IMG/VR virus record: IMGVR_UViG_3300003177_000008 | Location: 1 to 52,216 of that record | DNA from: a virus | Lineage: Duplodnaviria; Caudoviricetes | Length of the DNA: 52,216 bases | Strand: one strand, 5' to 3' | Part shown: positions 1 through 9,293 of the stretch, in pieces | Position numbering within the stretch: the first letter of the stretch is position 1 | Layout: the number at the start of each line of letters is the position of its first letter | The notes under the pieces: model-generated | What the model was told of the DNA's origin: nothing | What the model saw: the letters and a program-made list of their open reading frames with translations, nothing else | Databases searched by the model: none | Program-made: the position numbers and the translations under genes

Positions 1-88
1 CGTTTGTAGCTAACATATACTTAGGATATTCATTATCCAACTGCTCTAACTCTTCAATTTTCTGAAGTATTTTCTCTTTTGTATTCAT
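1..88 (-). CDS. hypothetical early protein, N-terminal part (MNTKEKILQKIEELEQLDNEYPKYMLATN...), runs off window
   Basis: ATG at 88 after AAGGA SD and the conserved early promoter cassette. Confidence 0.7.
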   Translation of the reverse strand, partial: MNTKEKILQKIEELEQLDNEYPKYMLATN

Positions 89-150
89 CTTTCTATCCTT
101 TTCTCTTTATATAATATATTATAGTATAATAAAACTTAAAACAAGTTTAA
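89..150 (-). promoter_or_regulatory. early sigma70-type promoter plus RBS cassette
   Basis: Minus strand TTTAAG-N11-TATAAT-ATATTATATAAAGAGAAAAGGATAGAAAG-ATG; near-identical copies at about 1356-1410, 26485-26545, 27032-27095, 49476-49530 and 51827-51880. Confidence 0.75.
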
Positions 151-153
151 ATA

Positions 154-363
154 TTATCTTTCACTCTTTTCAAATAAATTAATAATGTATTTGTCTCTAG
201 TATCACAGTACTCACCTTCGTATTTTTTCTTCTGAGTTAATCCGCAATCTTTACATTGCCTATAATATTCAGTACCGCTACTCCAGAAACATATATCACT
301 ACAATCATAATATACTTCTTTACATACCCAATTATGCCATATACATTTTCCGAATAACTTCAT
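154..363 (-). CDS. hypothetical Cys-rich small protein
   Basis: ORF track; tightly packed in operon. Confidence 0.6.
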   Translation of the reverse strand: MKLFGKCIWHNWVCKEVYYDCSDICFWSSGTEYYRQCKDCGLTQKKKYEGEYCDTRDKYIINLFEKSER

Positions 364-367
364 TTAC

Positions 368-754
368 CTACCAATCAATATCAATACCGTAATCTCCGGC
401 CTCTAAAAGACCTTTTTCATATAAATCATTAAGTACCATTTGAGTATCTGGATAAAAGTTTCTTTCCCACCATAATTCTAAATCCCCTTCTTTATCGTAA
501 CTTTTTTCATTATCATTTAAGAATTGTTTAGGATCTCTTTCTAACCAAGCTTTAAAGCTAACACCCATTTCAGGACCATTTACAATTTCCGGTACTGTAT
601 CATTTGTAAAATCATCCGCATAATCAGGAACTTTGAAATACTCTATACCTCTTTCTTTACAACCATCTTGTTGTTGAAAACTATATGTTCTATTATAGGT
701 TTCAGTAACTAATTTATCAAACTCAAATACTCCAATTACTTTAACATTTTTCAT
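368..754 (-). CDS. hypothetical phage protein
   Basis: ORF track; overlaps upstream stop. Confidence 0.75.
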   Translation of the reverse strand: MKNVKVIGVFEFDKLVTETYNRTYSFQQQDGCKERGIEYFKVPDYADDFTNDTVPEIVNGPEMGVSFKAWLERDPKQFLNDNEKSYDKEGDLELWWERNFYPDTQMVLNDLYEKGLLEAGDYGIDIDW

Positions 755-1355
755 CTTTTTCCTCTAATATATCAATAAACTCTAATGGGGCTACATTATC
801 CCAGTACTCTTCTGTATAATCTGCATAATATCTAGCTACTTCATGGCTAGTACCAAAAGTTTCGTCAAGACATTTTGTTCCATATTTACTTACAAAATAC
901 TCATTACAATTATTATCCCAGAATACACATAGTTCACCATTCTTTGGTTCCCACTTTTTAAAGTTCTTTTTAATCATATTTTCATAAGCTTGTATTACAA
1001 AGCCTGAATTTTTATCTTGTACCCAATCACCTACTTTGAATTTTGGTTCATCTGGTTTGATGCGATAATACTTTGCAGGAACAGCTTCTGATATATTAGC
1101 AACATCAATATATTTATGCTTTCTTTCTTCTGGCACACAACCAGGACTCATATTGTGTTGAATACTCTTACCATCAGCTAGTGCTTTACGAAATTCGTAA
1201 TACTCATCGTTTTGAACATAAGCACAGTTTAAATCGAAAGCTGGAGATAAAGTTAACATCCATTCACCAGCTCCGTTCCACCAAACACCTTTGTCAGTAT
1301 TATCTACCCACCATTGAATTACTTCTTTATGTTTTAATGCTTGTTCTTTAGTCAT
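741..1355 (-). CDS. hypothetical phage protein
   Basis: ORF behind early promoter cassette and SD. Confidence 0.75.
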   Translation of the reverse strand: MTKEQALKHKEVIQWWVDNTDKGVWWNGAGEWMLTLSPAFDLNCAYVQNDEYYEFRKALADGKSIQHNMSPGCVPEERKHKYIDVANISEAVPAKYYRIKPDEPKFKVGDWVQDKNSGFVIQAYENMIKKNFKKWEPKNGELCVFWDNNCNEYFVSKYGTKCLDETFGTSHEVARYYADYTEEYWDNVAPLEFIDILEEKDEKC

Positions 1356-1415
1356 CTTTCTATCCTTCTTTTTCTTTATATAATATATTATAGTATAATA
1401 AAGCTTAAAAGCAAA

Positions 1416-1673
1416 TTACTTCAACCTATATATGTTGTTATCTTCAGTATCATCACCAAATACACAAGATATTTTTATCTTATCATCTATCTGATGTACT
1501 ACTACATCTTTTGATATATTTTTAGCAAATTTTAATATCTGTTCTGCGACCTTATTATTTTTAGTATATACTACTAGAAGGGGTGCTCCATTATATCCTT
1601 CTTTTATCTCTAAACTATATATATCTAACTCAATAGACATTTTAATAAGACTCTTCATATCTGGTGTATACAT
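1416..1673 (-). CDS. hypothetical protein
   Basis: ORF track. Confidence 0.65.
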   Translation of the reverse strand: MYTPDMKSLIKMSIELDIYSLEIKEGYNGAPLLVVYTKNNKVAEQILKFAKNISKDVVVHQIDDKIKISCVFGDDTEDNNIYRLK

Positions 1674-1674
1674 T

Positions 1675-1986
1675 TTAACTCACTCTAGATTTAAGATATG
1701 AGTTGAGATACCCCTCAATATTAGCTTTACCTACAGGATTCGCAGAATGAACATTAAATTCAAAAAATTCAGGAATAAACTCACCACCCATATCAATATC
1801 CATTTCTACTAACCATTTAACTATCTTCATAGCATCATCATCCTCACCTAAATCATGATCAAAAGATATATGATCAGGACAACCATATCTCTCAATATAG
1901 TTAATAGTTTCTTGACTTGATCTTGTAATTTTATCAAATTCTCCCTTCGGATTTCTGATATCGTCGATATATAATCTCACTTTCAT
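1675..1986 (-). CDS. cyclic-phosphate-processing receiver-like domain protein
   Basis: Motifs LYIDDIRNP, ISFDHDLG, VHSANPVG. Confidence 0.75.
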   Translation of the reverse strand: MKVRLYIDDIRNPKGEFDKITRSSQETINYIERYGCPDHISFDHDLGEDDDAMKIVKWLVEMDIDMGGEFIPEFFEFNVHSANPVGKANIEGYLNSYLKSRVS

Positions 1987-2036
1987 ACCTTCTCTTTTAT
2001 TTAATATATTATATTATATATGTTCTTAAAGTTAGT

Positions 2037-2729
2037 TTAAATTCTTCTTTTTCTTTTAAAACTATCCCAGTCATTAAAGATAACTGTGACTTTATCACCT
2101 TTAGAAATTTCAATTTTTTGAACATTATGAACAATATTATTTTGACCATCTACCCAAAGAACAACAGAAGATCTGGATTTACAAGTAATTGAAGTTCTTT
2201 TAGGCTCTATTACATAATGGATTTTTCTATTAGTTTTATCACCGGTAATACTCCAGTTTTTTGAGCCTAGTGGAAGGATAACTCCTCCATTATTTTTATT
2301 AATACCTGTAGAACCTTGGGCGGTACTGATAATTACACCTCCACCTTTAAAGCTACCAATAATTTTATCAGCGTCATGAACATTAAATTCAATCCAAGCA
2401 TCCATATCACCACCAAGCATTATTTCATTAAATGCTTGAAATTCTTTAGTTATGGTTGTAGGATCCTTAAGCTTATTTGGTGTTTGATATGTTACCTTTA
2501 CCTTAATGAGTCTAAAAAATTTAAATTTAGCATTATTTGAAATATTTACTGAGTCATTCATAAGAAAGTTCATAGTTCCTGCACCAATACCGAAAAACGG
2601 CTTATTTAGGTGTCTATATTTGTTAATTGCTTTAAGAAGAGTACCATCTCCACCCTTAGCAATTACGATATTCCCTCTTGCATCAATAAATTTATTTTCA
2701 TCGTAACTATCTTGATAAAACATTTTCAA
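2037..2729 (-). CDS. NAD kinase
   Basis: GGDGT motif, G(T)MNFL, AFNE, STAQGSTG, VDGQ. Confidence 0.85.
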   Translation of the reverse strand: MKMFYQDSYDENKFIDARGNIVIAKGGDGTLLKAINKYRHLNKPFFGIGAGTMNFLMNDSVNISNNAKFKFFRLIKVKVTYQTPNKLKDPTTITKEFQAFNEIMLGGDMDAWIEFNVHDADKIIGSFKGGGVIISTAQGSTGINKNNGGVILPLGSKNWSITGDKTNRKIHYVIEPKRTSITCKSRSSVVLWVDGQNNIVHNVQKIEISKGDKVTVIFNDWDSFKRKRRI

Positions 2730-2741
2730 TCCTCCTATTAA

Positions 2742-3488
2742 TTACCACAGCCATTCTTTAAGTTTAAAATACACTCTCGCATCTAGAAGATGCTTCATAC
2801 CTTCTATATTCTCTCTAATATCTCTAGCATTGGCATTTATTTTTACATCTGTTCTTTTTACAAATTGTACTTGTTTAAGAACTATTCCTCTATCTCTAAA
2901 AATATCAGTATAAAATGTATTTTTATATTTTTTGTTATTAAAAGTAAATGATGTTCTATCTACCTCTTTATTATGACTAAAAAGAACTATATCATTTACA
3001 ATATCACCATTATAGTCAATTTCTTTATGTAGAGTATCTCCTATATCATTTGTAAGATTACTAAACCACATATCCCAATCAGAATAATCTACTCCTCTAA
3101 TAAAAATTATAGGAATGTTAGGGTAAATAAGTCTTATCAGCTCTTTACGTTGTGCATATGTAAGAGGATTTTTAAATCTATCTCTATCGTCATTAGAACT
3201 TCCAAGAACTATAATAGGAGTAAGCCCTTCAAGCAAAATTTCATTTATAATTTCTTGATGACCTTTATGAAATGGTTGGCATCTTCCAATAAACAATCCA
3301 AATTTCTTTTTAGGTTTTTTAGTTTCATCATATGATTTATTTTCTAGAGCTATTTTTACCTTTTCTAGAGTTTCATCATAATTTACATCGAATGAAGTAA
3401 CTACATCTTTAGTTATTTCTTCAGCTTTTATATCATCACCATGAAGTTCTTTATGAATTCTTATGTAGTGGTTAATATTTTCAATCAT
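2742..3488 (-). CDS. NMN adenylyltransferase (cytidylyltransferase-like, NadM type)
   Basis: IGRCQPFHKGH (HxGH), LGSSN..NPLTYAQR; next to NadV. Confidence 0.8.
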   Translation of the reverse strand: MIENINHYIRIHKELHGDDIKAEEITKDVVTSFDVNYDETLEKVKIALENKSYDETKKPKKKFGLFIGRCQPFHKGHQEIINEILLEGLTPIIVLGSSNDDRDRFKNPLTYAQRKELIRLIYPNIPIIFIRGVDYSDWDMWFSNLTNDIGDTLHKEIDYNGDIVNDIVLFSHNKEVDRTSFTFNNKKYKNTFYTDIFRDRGIVLKQVQFVKRTDVKINANARDIRENIEGMKHLLDARVYFKLKEWLW

Positions 3489-3662
3489 AATATTCCTTTA
3501 TTTAAAACTAACTATAAAAAACTGCTCGAGGAGTGGTACTAAAAGGGATCTCTTGCATAAATCATCCTATAACATTCATATATAGTTTTCTTATTAAACT
3601 CTACTAAATTTGTTCTACTCACTTTTATTACTTCCTAATAGTCGATTTAACCATTTTCTTTA

Positions 3663-3944
3663 TTATATATTTTTTTTTAATCTTTTTCTAGTTTTCATAG
3701 TTGGATATACCTCTAAATCATAAATAGATCCATATGCATATGGATAATTTCCTACCCATATTGTGATATTTACGTCATTAAATTTCATAGTATAACGATT
3801 TATCACAATATCTACATCATCATCCATTAATTTATTAAGAAATTTATCATAATCCTTATCTATAAATCCTATATGATTAGAATCTATATAATACCAATAA
3901 AAACTAACACCTATAATGATAAAAGTTAATATAAAAACAAACAT
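3663..3944 (-). CDS. small membrane-anchored hypothetical protein
   Basis: N-terminal hydrophobic helix; may be frameshifted at the A9 run near its end. Confidence 0.6.
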   Translation of the reverse strand: MFVFILTFIIIGVSFYWYYIDSNHIGFIDKDYDKFLNKLMDDDVDIVINRYTMKFNDVNITIWVGNYPYAYGSIYDLEVYPTMKTRKRLKKNI

Positions 3945-3953
3945 ATTTTTTCC

Positions 3954-5366
3954 TTAAGCGTTATTTTCTCTTACTTCTGTAAGAGTATATGTTTTAGTTA
4001 TTTCACCATTTTTAAAAACAGTTTCAAGTACATCATAACTACCATTCTCAAAATCAATTCCAACCCTATCAACAAAATATGACTCGGTAGTTGGATTATA
4101 ATATGTAGTAATTTTACCTCTCTTGGATACTTTATTTGGAGCTGTTACAGGATCTTTATAGACATCAATATCTTTTCTAGCACCATTATCATTTATAGTA
4201 ATACTTGAACATTTTACAGCCCACCCTTGAGTATCTCTATCGTGTTGCTGCATAAGCCAACCACCACTACCAAAGGCAATATTTTCAGTACTATATCCAT
4301 TTTTAACAAGAATATCAAGCATAATCTTCATACTTTCCGTATTAATACCATCTCCCCAGATAATTCTCATTTTATTCCAAACCTTAAATCCTTTATTGTT
4401 TATTGTAAATGGAATTTCATTTCTTTCCATAATCTTAAGAGTCTCTGGAATTATTTCAGCTGGATTACCACTATCTGGACGAATTACAAAAATTGGGTAT
4501 TCTTCAGAATTGATTTTCTTTTGAAATTCACTATCCTGTTTAGTAATCGTATCAACACATTTGAAGTAATCATATGAGTCACAAACTGCTGCAATAATAG
4601 GTTTTCCTTTATTATTTTCGAGATGATTCATAATCATATCAAATTCATTTTCTTTTGTCCAAGAAGTTGTGCTTGAGTGTTCAGTAGCTGGAATACTATG
4701 AGCAATTTCATGTATATTTCCAAGATAATTTTGATACGTAAATTTAATACTTTCAAAATTATCAGTTCCCATAAATCCTGCAGCGAGATGCGCCATACCA
4801 CCAATACCTGCTGATTCAACACTACTTGAACCGCGATCTCCAAAGTTATGATAGCTATAAGCTACAAACGGATTATCTTGAGTTTTTTCTGCATATTCTT
4901 CAAGCATTTTTCTAACAAAATAGCTTCTTGTAGCAACATTAGATGTGTACCAAACTTTCATAAGAACTGTTTCCATCCAAGAAGCTACCCAAAATACCTT
5001 AGGATTAGTACTTTCAACTGTAAAAAGAACATTCTTAACTGGAATTACTTTACCTTCTGGAATAGCTTTAATTTCAACCGGAAGTTTACCTCGGAGTTCA
5101 GTTGCAATATATCTCCATCCATTGTACTCAAAATCAATTCCGTGAGCATCAGCATACATTTTAGCTTCATCCACTTCACTCATTGTAATTGGAGTACTAA
5201 AATATTGTTTTAGAATATATTGTAGACCAAAGAAAAGAGTCTTATCATAAACCTTTCCACTTCTTGCTTCAGCATAATCAAACATACTTATTGTATTACT
5301 TGGATATTGTTTTGGGTGACTGTACTTATAACTATCAGCCAACATAATTCTATTTACATTAATCAT
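3954..5366 (-). CDS. nadV: nicotinamide phosphoribosyltransferase
   Basis: ADSYKYSH, HNFGDRG, SIPATEHS, VIRPDSG, WGDGI, FGSGG, KDPVT motifs. Confidence 0.92.
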   Translation of the reverse strand: MINVNRIMLADSYKYSHPKQYPSNTISMFDYAEARSGKVYDKTLFFGLQYILKQYFSTPITMSEVDEAKMYADAHGIDFEYNGWRYIATELRGKLPVEIKAIPEGKVIPVKNVLFTVESTNPKVFWVASWMETVLMKVWYTSNVATRSYFVRKMLEEYAEKTQDNPFVAYSYHNFGDRGSSSVESAGIGGMAHLAAGFMGTDNFESIKFTYQNYLGNIHEIAHSIPATEHSSTTSWTKENEFDMIMNHLENNKGKPIIAAVCDSYDYFKCVDTITKQDSEFQKKINSEEYPIFVIRPDSGNPAEIIPETLKIMERNEIPFTINNKGFKVWNKMRIIWGDGINTESMKIMLDILVKNGYSTENIAFGSGGWLMQQHDRDTQGWAVKCSSITINDNGARKDIDVYKDPVTAPNKVSKRGKITTYYNPTTESYFVDRVGIDFENGSYDVLETVFKNGEITKTYTLTEVRENNA

Positions 5367-5395
5367 TTTCTATCCTTTTTCTTCTATATTTTTCA

Positions 5396-5872
5396 CTACA
5401 ACACTGAATTTCCAATAAATTCATTATTATCTAATTCATGTTCAGCATCCTTAGTCTTTTGATATCCAGTAACGTCTACTAAATATAAACTACACATCTG
5501 AGACATCTGAGAGCTAACTAGAGTTTCTCCTACAAATATAATATTTTTTAATGGAATTTCATAACCACTTTCTTCGAGAACCTCTTGCTGACAAATTTCT
5601 TGATAAGGTTTATTATTATCAATAGAGCCTCCAAAAGCCGTAGTCATTTTTACACTACGACCTTCAATTTCATCCCTAGGAGGTTTTGATTCGTTTATTA
5701 AAGCATACTTTTCAGTATTTGAATCCCATAAAATGAAAGCTATTGAATCTATTCCACCTCTTTCTCCATATTCATAATATCCTCTAGACTGTTTTACAGT
5801 AAAGAAAGGATTTCCATCTGGTGTTTTACCTTCACTTTGATATTGAATCTTAGCTGTAAAATCTTCATTCAT
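5396..5872 (-). CDS. Nudix hydrolase, possibly C-terminally truncated
   Basis: Nudix box GGSID...CQQEVLEESGY. Confidence 0.8.
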   Translation of the reverse strand: MNEDFTAKIQYQSEGKTPDGNPFFTVKQSRGYYEYGERGGIDSIAFILWDSNTEKYALINESKPPRDEIEGRSVKMTTAFGGSIDNNKPYQEICQQEVLEESGYEIPLKNIIFVGETLVSSQMSQMCSLYLVDVTGYQKTKDAEHELDNNEFIGNSVL

Positions 5873-5926
5873 TACTTCCTCCTACTTTAATTTATGTTAT
5901 TATATAATAAAGATCCTTAAAAGTAA

Positions 5927-6415
5927 CTTATAAATGATAAAGAAAAGTTTGTTGATATTGTCTGGGATCTTCTTACTAAATCATATGCTAACATAGGTGG
6001 AATTAAAGGTTCAGGATTTCAATCTAAAAATAACATGATAGAAAAAATCAAAATGTGGAAAATATCAAGAAGAGATAATAAAATAGTAGCGGGGTTACTT
6101 TACAAAGATAAAGGAATGAGAAAAACTGTAGCTGTATTTACTGATGGATCTTCAGTAGGTAAAAAAGATTTAGAGAAAATGCTTCGTGATGATTTTGAAA
6201 GAAGTTCTATTGAAGTATCTCACTCTCTTATGAAATTTTTAGAAAAGAAAATACCCTCTACGGTTAAAAAGTATGTAGTAGATACCTCTAAAGTATCTGA
6301 TATTTTAGGAAAAGATATAGAGATTATAGATGATACTCACTATAAAAGAGATATTAATGGCACAGTAATTACTAAAATGATGTTAGGAAATATAAAGAAA
6401 TTTTATGAAGTTTAG
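5927..6415 (+). CDS. hypothetical phage protein; frame open from 5927 without a start codon, apparently 5' truncated
   Basis: Frame upstream of the 6035 ATG reads NDKEKFVDIVWDLLTKSYANIGGIKGSGFQSKNN. Confidence 0.6.
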   Translation, partial: LINDKEKFVDIVWDLLTKSYANIGGIKGSGFQSKNNMIEKIKMWKISRRDNKIVAGLLYKDKGMRKTVAVFTDGSSVGKKDLEKMLRDDFERSSIEVSHSLMKFLEKKIPSTVKKYVVDTSKVSDILGKDIEIIDDTHYKRDINGTVITKMMLGNIKKFYEV

Positions 6416-6821
6416 GATTTCATGACTTGCTATTTCTAGATTATTGAATCTATGTTTTTTTATAATCTATTAATTCATCTCTACTACCTAGAAGAACTAG
6501 TTCTTCTAAAACTAAAAATTCTGGTGTAGGAATTCTAGGAACTTTCACTTCTAGCCTATTAAATACCTCTTTAATATCAATAACAGGATTAATAGATATT
6601 AGTGGAATGTTATATCTTTCACATGCATTTCTAGCGAGATATGATCCTGTACTAGATGATATAATAAGATCATAACTTTTCATATTTTCTATTATTATTC
6701 TATAATCATTATCTTTTTCATAGTCTATTAGATTAAAATCAATTTTAGTATTTAATATATTTTCTAGAGTTTTAACTTTACTATTCGAACCTCTAAAACC
6801 ATTAACATATAGAATTTTCAT
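6384..6821 (-). pseudogene. YqiA-like alpha/beta hydrolase with internal deletion or frameshift
   Basis: ILYVNGF, SSSTG nucleophile region, INP, DELID; the His segment HRFNNLEIASHEILNF follows in another frame. Confidence 0.65.
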
Positions 6822-6915
6822 TTCATATCCTTCATATATTTAATTATATACTATATTATCTTAAAATCTGCTTAAATTTCTATTTAGTGGATGTATTAAA
6901 GTAGTGGTGGATTAA

Positions 6916-7216
6916 TGGTGGAGTAGTGGGGAATCGAACCCCAGTCTTAAATTATTTTTTCAGTTGATTTTTACAAGTTTTGAAGTAGGCACAAAAAAGT
7001 ACTAAAAAGTACTGTATGTTTTATCTCATTTACCCAAGAGATTGAGGTTCTAGATTCTGTTGCTAGGCTACTAGAAAGCCCCGTAGCATTAAGCTACAAG
7101 CGCCGCTGGCGTATAATCTGTGTTGTTTACAGTTATTTTTGTTAAGAATTTTAAGTTTTCTTAAAACTACTTGAATCAAAAGATAATCATAATCTAATCG
7201 AAACCTTGTCAACCCC
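6916..7216 (-). ncRNA. ssrA: tmRNA; tag (A)VNNTDYTPAALVA encoded at 7130-7089
   Basis: 5' GGGGTTGACAAGGTTTCGA; 3' GACTGGGGTTCGATTCCCCACTACTCCACCA with G3:U70; ATAACT before the resume codon. Confidence 0.93.
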
Positions 7217-7277
7217 ATAAGTATTAGGAGTTCTTTTATATAGCGTCGTTCCTAATACCAACGCAAAGTCTATCAAC

Positions 7278-7475
7278 TTATTTCATCATATTTTTAGCAA
7301 ATTGAGCCATCTTTCTGACGTGTCCATCATTACTCTTCAAGCCTGCTTCAACTGCCTTCATTGGAATTTCATCATCCATAGAATCTATAAATCCTTGTTT
7401 AATAGCCCATTTATGAAAAGCACCTTTCTTTAGTTGCTCTTCCTCATCTAATCTGAAGTACTGTAGAAAACTCAT
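7278..7475 (-). CDS. putative internal head protein
   Basis: TATAAATA late promoter at 7501-7508; N-terminus MSFLQYFRLDEE. Confidence 0.6.
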   Translation of the reverse strand: MSFLQYFRLDEEEQLKKGAFHKWAIKQGFIDSMDDEIPMKAVEAGLKSNDGHVRKMAQFAKNMMK

Positions 7476-7504
7476 ATTAATTCCTAGTTTTGGTATATAA
7501 TATT

Positions 7505-7632
7505 TATAGATTTAGAATATCCTACTAATCATAACCTACTAACCTTGGTCGTCTAGGACCTACTCAAAGTGTTCATTAATATTATTTACCCGATAATATA
7601 CATAGTGATTAATAAGATATTCTAAATCTATA
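7505..7632 (-). ncRNA. candidate structured RNA with about 27-bp closing stem
   Basis: Perfect 17-bp inverted repeat 7505-7521/7616-7632, extended by G-U pairs on the minus strand. Confidence 0.55.
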
Positions 7633-8149
7633 GTGGTCAAGCATTAGCTTCTCAGAGGTGTGACAAGGACAAGAACATTCACACTTGAGCCAAAAGATAT
7701 GTAAAGAATTTGCTAACCCGTGTCTTGTCGTTGTCGAGGGTATTCTTTACTCTTTTGAAACCACATGTAAAACTAAAATACCAATACGATTTATAAAACT
7801 AGAAAATACACCTAGATTATAATGCGTTGATATGTAATTATTAGCATTAATTTAAAGTTCAATTTCTTTGAATTAAAAATCGACTCATATTCCTCTTGGT
7901 TTTTACAACCGTAATCTGCTTAGGGACTAAACCCGAATCTCCACTTTCTCCAAAGTGACGTAATAAGTATTTTATACTAAGCAGGTTATTTTAATATAAG
8001 TCTAAGTGTCCTGAGTAAAAACACTTTAAAACCCTAATCTTCTCAAAGGCTTTTTTAAAGTGTTTAGCTCAATTTTAAAAATTCTATCTTTCTCTTTATA
8101 TAATATATTATAATATAAAGCTCCTTAAAAACAACTTAATATTATAATT

Positions 8150-8596
8150 TTATTTACTAAATTTATCAGCAGCTGTACTTGCACACCAAGAATCTGGCTT
8201 ACAAACTGGTTCTACACCAACAACACCCATAATATATCCTCGGGCTGCATGATAAGCAACATTAGAACCAGTTCCTTCCTTTGGATTTACATCAATATGT
8301 ATTTCAAAGTCTTTATCATAAAGAACATCTTCAAGAGCATTATATAGTTCTGTAACTTTTTCTACCTCCTTCATCATTCTATTAAATGGACGAGAAAGTT
8401 TTCCATCTGTTATGTTCTCAAAAGTAATATCAGCGAAAATCTTAGCTCCATTACATCCATTATAATGAAGAACTAATACGGTAGCGAACTTAACTCTTTT
8501 TTTCTTTATTCTCTGAGAATCTACTCCGAGATAAATTCTAGCGTTTGGATTCTCTTTAATAAATTCTTTTATATATTTTATGTCAAATTTTTCCAT
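8150..8596 (-). CDS. RNase H-like YkuK (DUF458) family protein
   Basis: IYLGVDSQ, EIHIDVN..GSN, KPDSWCASTAAD. Confidence 0.85.
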   Translation of the reverse strand: MEKFDIKYIKEFIKENPNARIYLGVDSQRIKKKRVKFATVLVLHYNGCNGAKIFADITFENITDGKLSRPFNRMMKEVEKVTELYNALEDVLYDKDFEIHIDVNPKEGTGSNVAYHAARGYIMGVVGVEPVCKPDSWCASTAADKFSK

Positions 8597-8611
8597 TTTT
8601 CTTTTCTTATT

Positions 8612-8689
8612 TGGTATCCCTGATAGGACTCGAACCTATGACCCTCGGAGTCGAAATCCGACGCTCTAATCCATCTGAGCTACAGAGAT
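8612..8689 (-). tRNA. tRNA-Arg(TCG)
   Basis: Cloverleaf, loop TT-TCG-AC, encoded CCA. Confidence 0.92.
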
Positions 8690-8694
8690 ATTTT

Positions 8695-8768
8695 TGGAGT
8701 CGATAGAGAATTTCGAAATCTCAATCCTGAGGTTGCAACTCAGTGCCTTTCCTTTTGGCTATATCGAC
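8695..8768 (-). tRNA. tRNA-Cys(GCA)
   Basis: Cloverleaf, U73, CCA. Confidence 0.92.
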
Positions 8769-8775
8769 ATATTTT

Positions 8776-8861
8776 TGGTGGATAGTATAGGATTCGAACC
8801 TATGCATGTTTTACCATGACGGGTTAGCAACCCGCTCCTTTAACCACTCAGGCAACTATCC
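8776..8861 (-). tRNA. tRNA-Ser(GCT)
   Basis: Cloverleaf with long variable arm, CCA. Confidence 0.92.
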
Positions 8862-8866
8862 ATATT

Positions 8867-8940
8867 TGGCAGGGTATAGAAGAATCGAACTCCTGTTAAC
8901 GGGTTTGGAACCCGTTGTTCTACCATTGAACTAATACCCT
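8867..8940 (-). tRNA. tRNA-Trp(CCA)
   Basis: Cloverleaf, G73, CCA. Confidence 0.92.
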
Positions 8941-8947
8941 ATTTACT

Positions 8948-9018
8948 TGGTGCCTATCCCTGGAATCGAGCCAGGCTATTAGAAGTTATGAGCTTCTACT
9001 GTCACCTTGACGATAGGC
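8948..9018 (-). tRNA. tRNA(CAT), probably elongator Met, with atypical shortened D region
   Basis: GCCTATC/GATAGGC acceptor, loop CT-CAT-AA, T loop CTCGATT, CCA. Confidence 0.75.
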
Positions 9019-9019
9019 T

Positions 9020-9095
9020 TGGTGTGATCGCAGGGAATCGAACCCTGGTACCTCGAGTCACAGTCGAGTGTACTAACCACTGTACTACGACCACC
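9020..9095 (-). tRNA. tRNA-His(GTG)
   Basis: Cloverleaf, G-1 present, A73. Confidence 0.9.
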
Positions 9096-9131
9096 TCAAA
9101 AACTTCCTAAAAAATCTCTAAGGTGATTGTT

Positions 9132-9206
9132 TGGAGCGAACGAGGAATTTCGAAATCCCGACACCCGACTTGGAAGGACGGTGCTCTGCCTCTGAGCTAC
9201 GTTCGC
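9132..9206 (-). tRNA. tRNA-Gly(TCC)
   Basis: GCG start, U73, CCA. Confidence 0.9.
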
Positions 9207-9218
9207 ATATTAAAAATT

Positions 9219-9293
9219 TGGTGGTCTAAGCTGGATTCGAACCAACGACCTATCCGTTATGAGCGGAGGGCTCTACCACTGAGCTATTAGACC
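9219..9293 (-). tRNA. tRNA(CAT), probably Ile2 (lysidine type)
   Basis: Cloverleaf, CCGCTCATAACGG anticodon arm; identity inferred. Confidence 0.85.

Noticed and set aside
2316-5213. Plus-strand and nested ORFs inside the NAD genes; likewise those inside ligase, nrdA, gp23, gp4 and the AAA gene
   Set aside because: Antisense or alternate-frame shadows of well-supported genes with no recognisable motifs.
7221-7264. preQ1 riboswitch
   Set aside because: The fold is an H-type pseudoknot but it lacks the preQ1-I consensus and is not upstream of a que gene.
7898-7990. tRNA-like sequence
   Set aside because: T loop and anticodon loop are degenerate and CCA is misplaced; at most a remnant.
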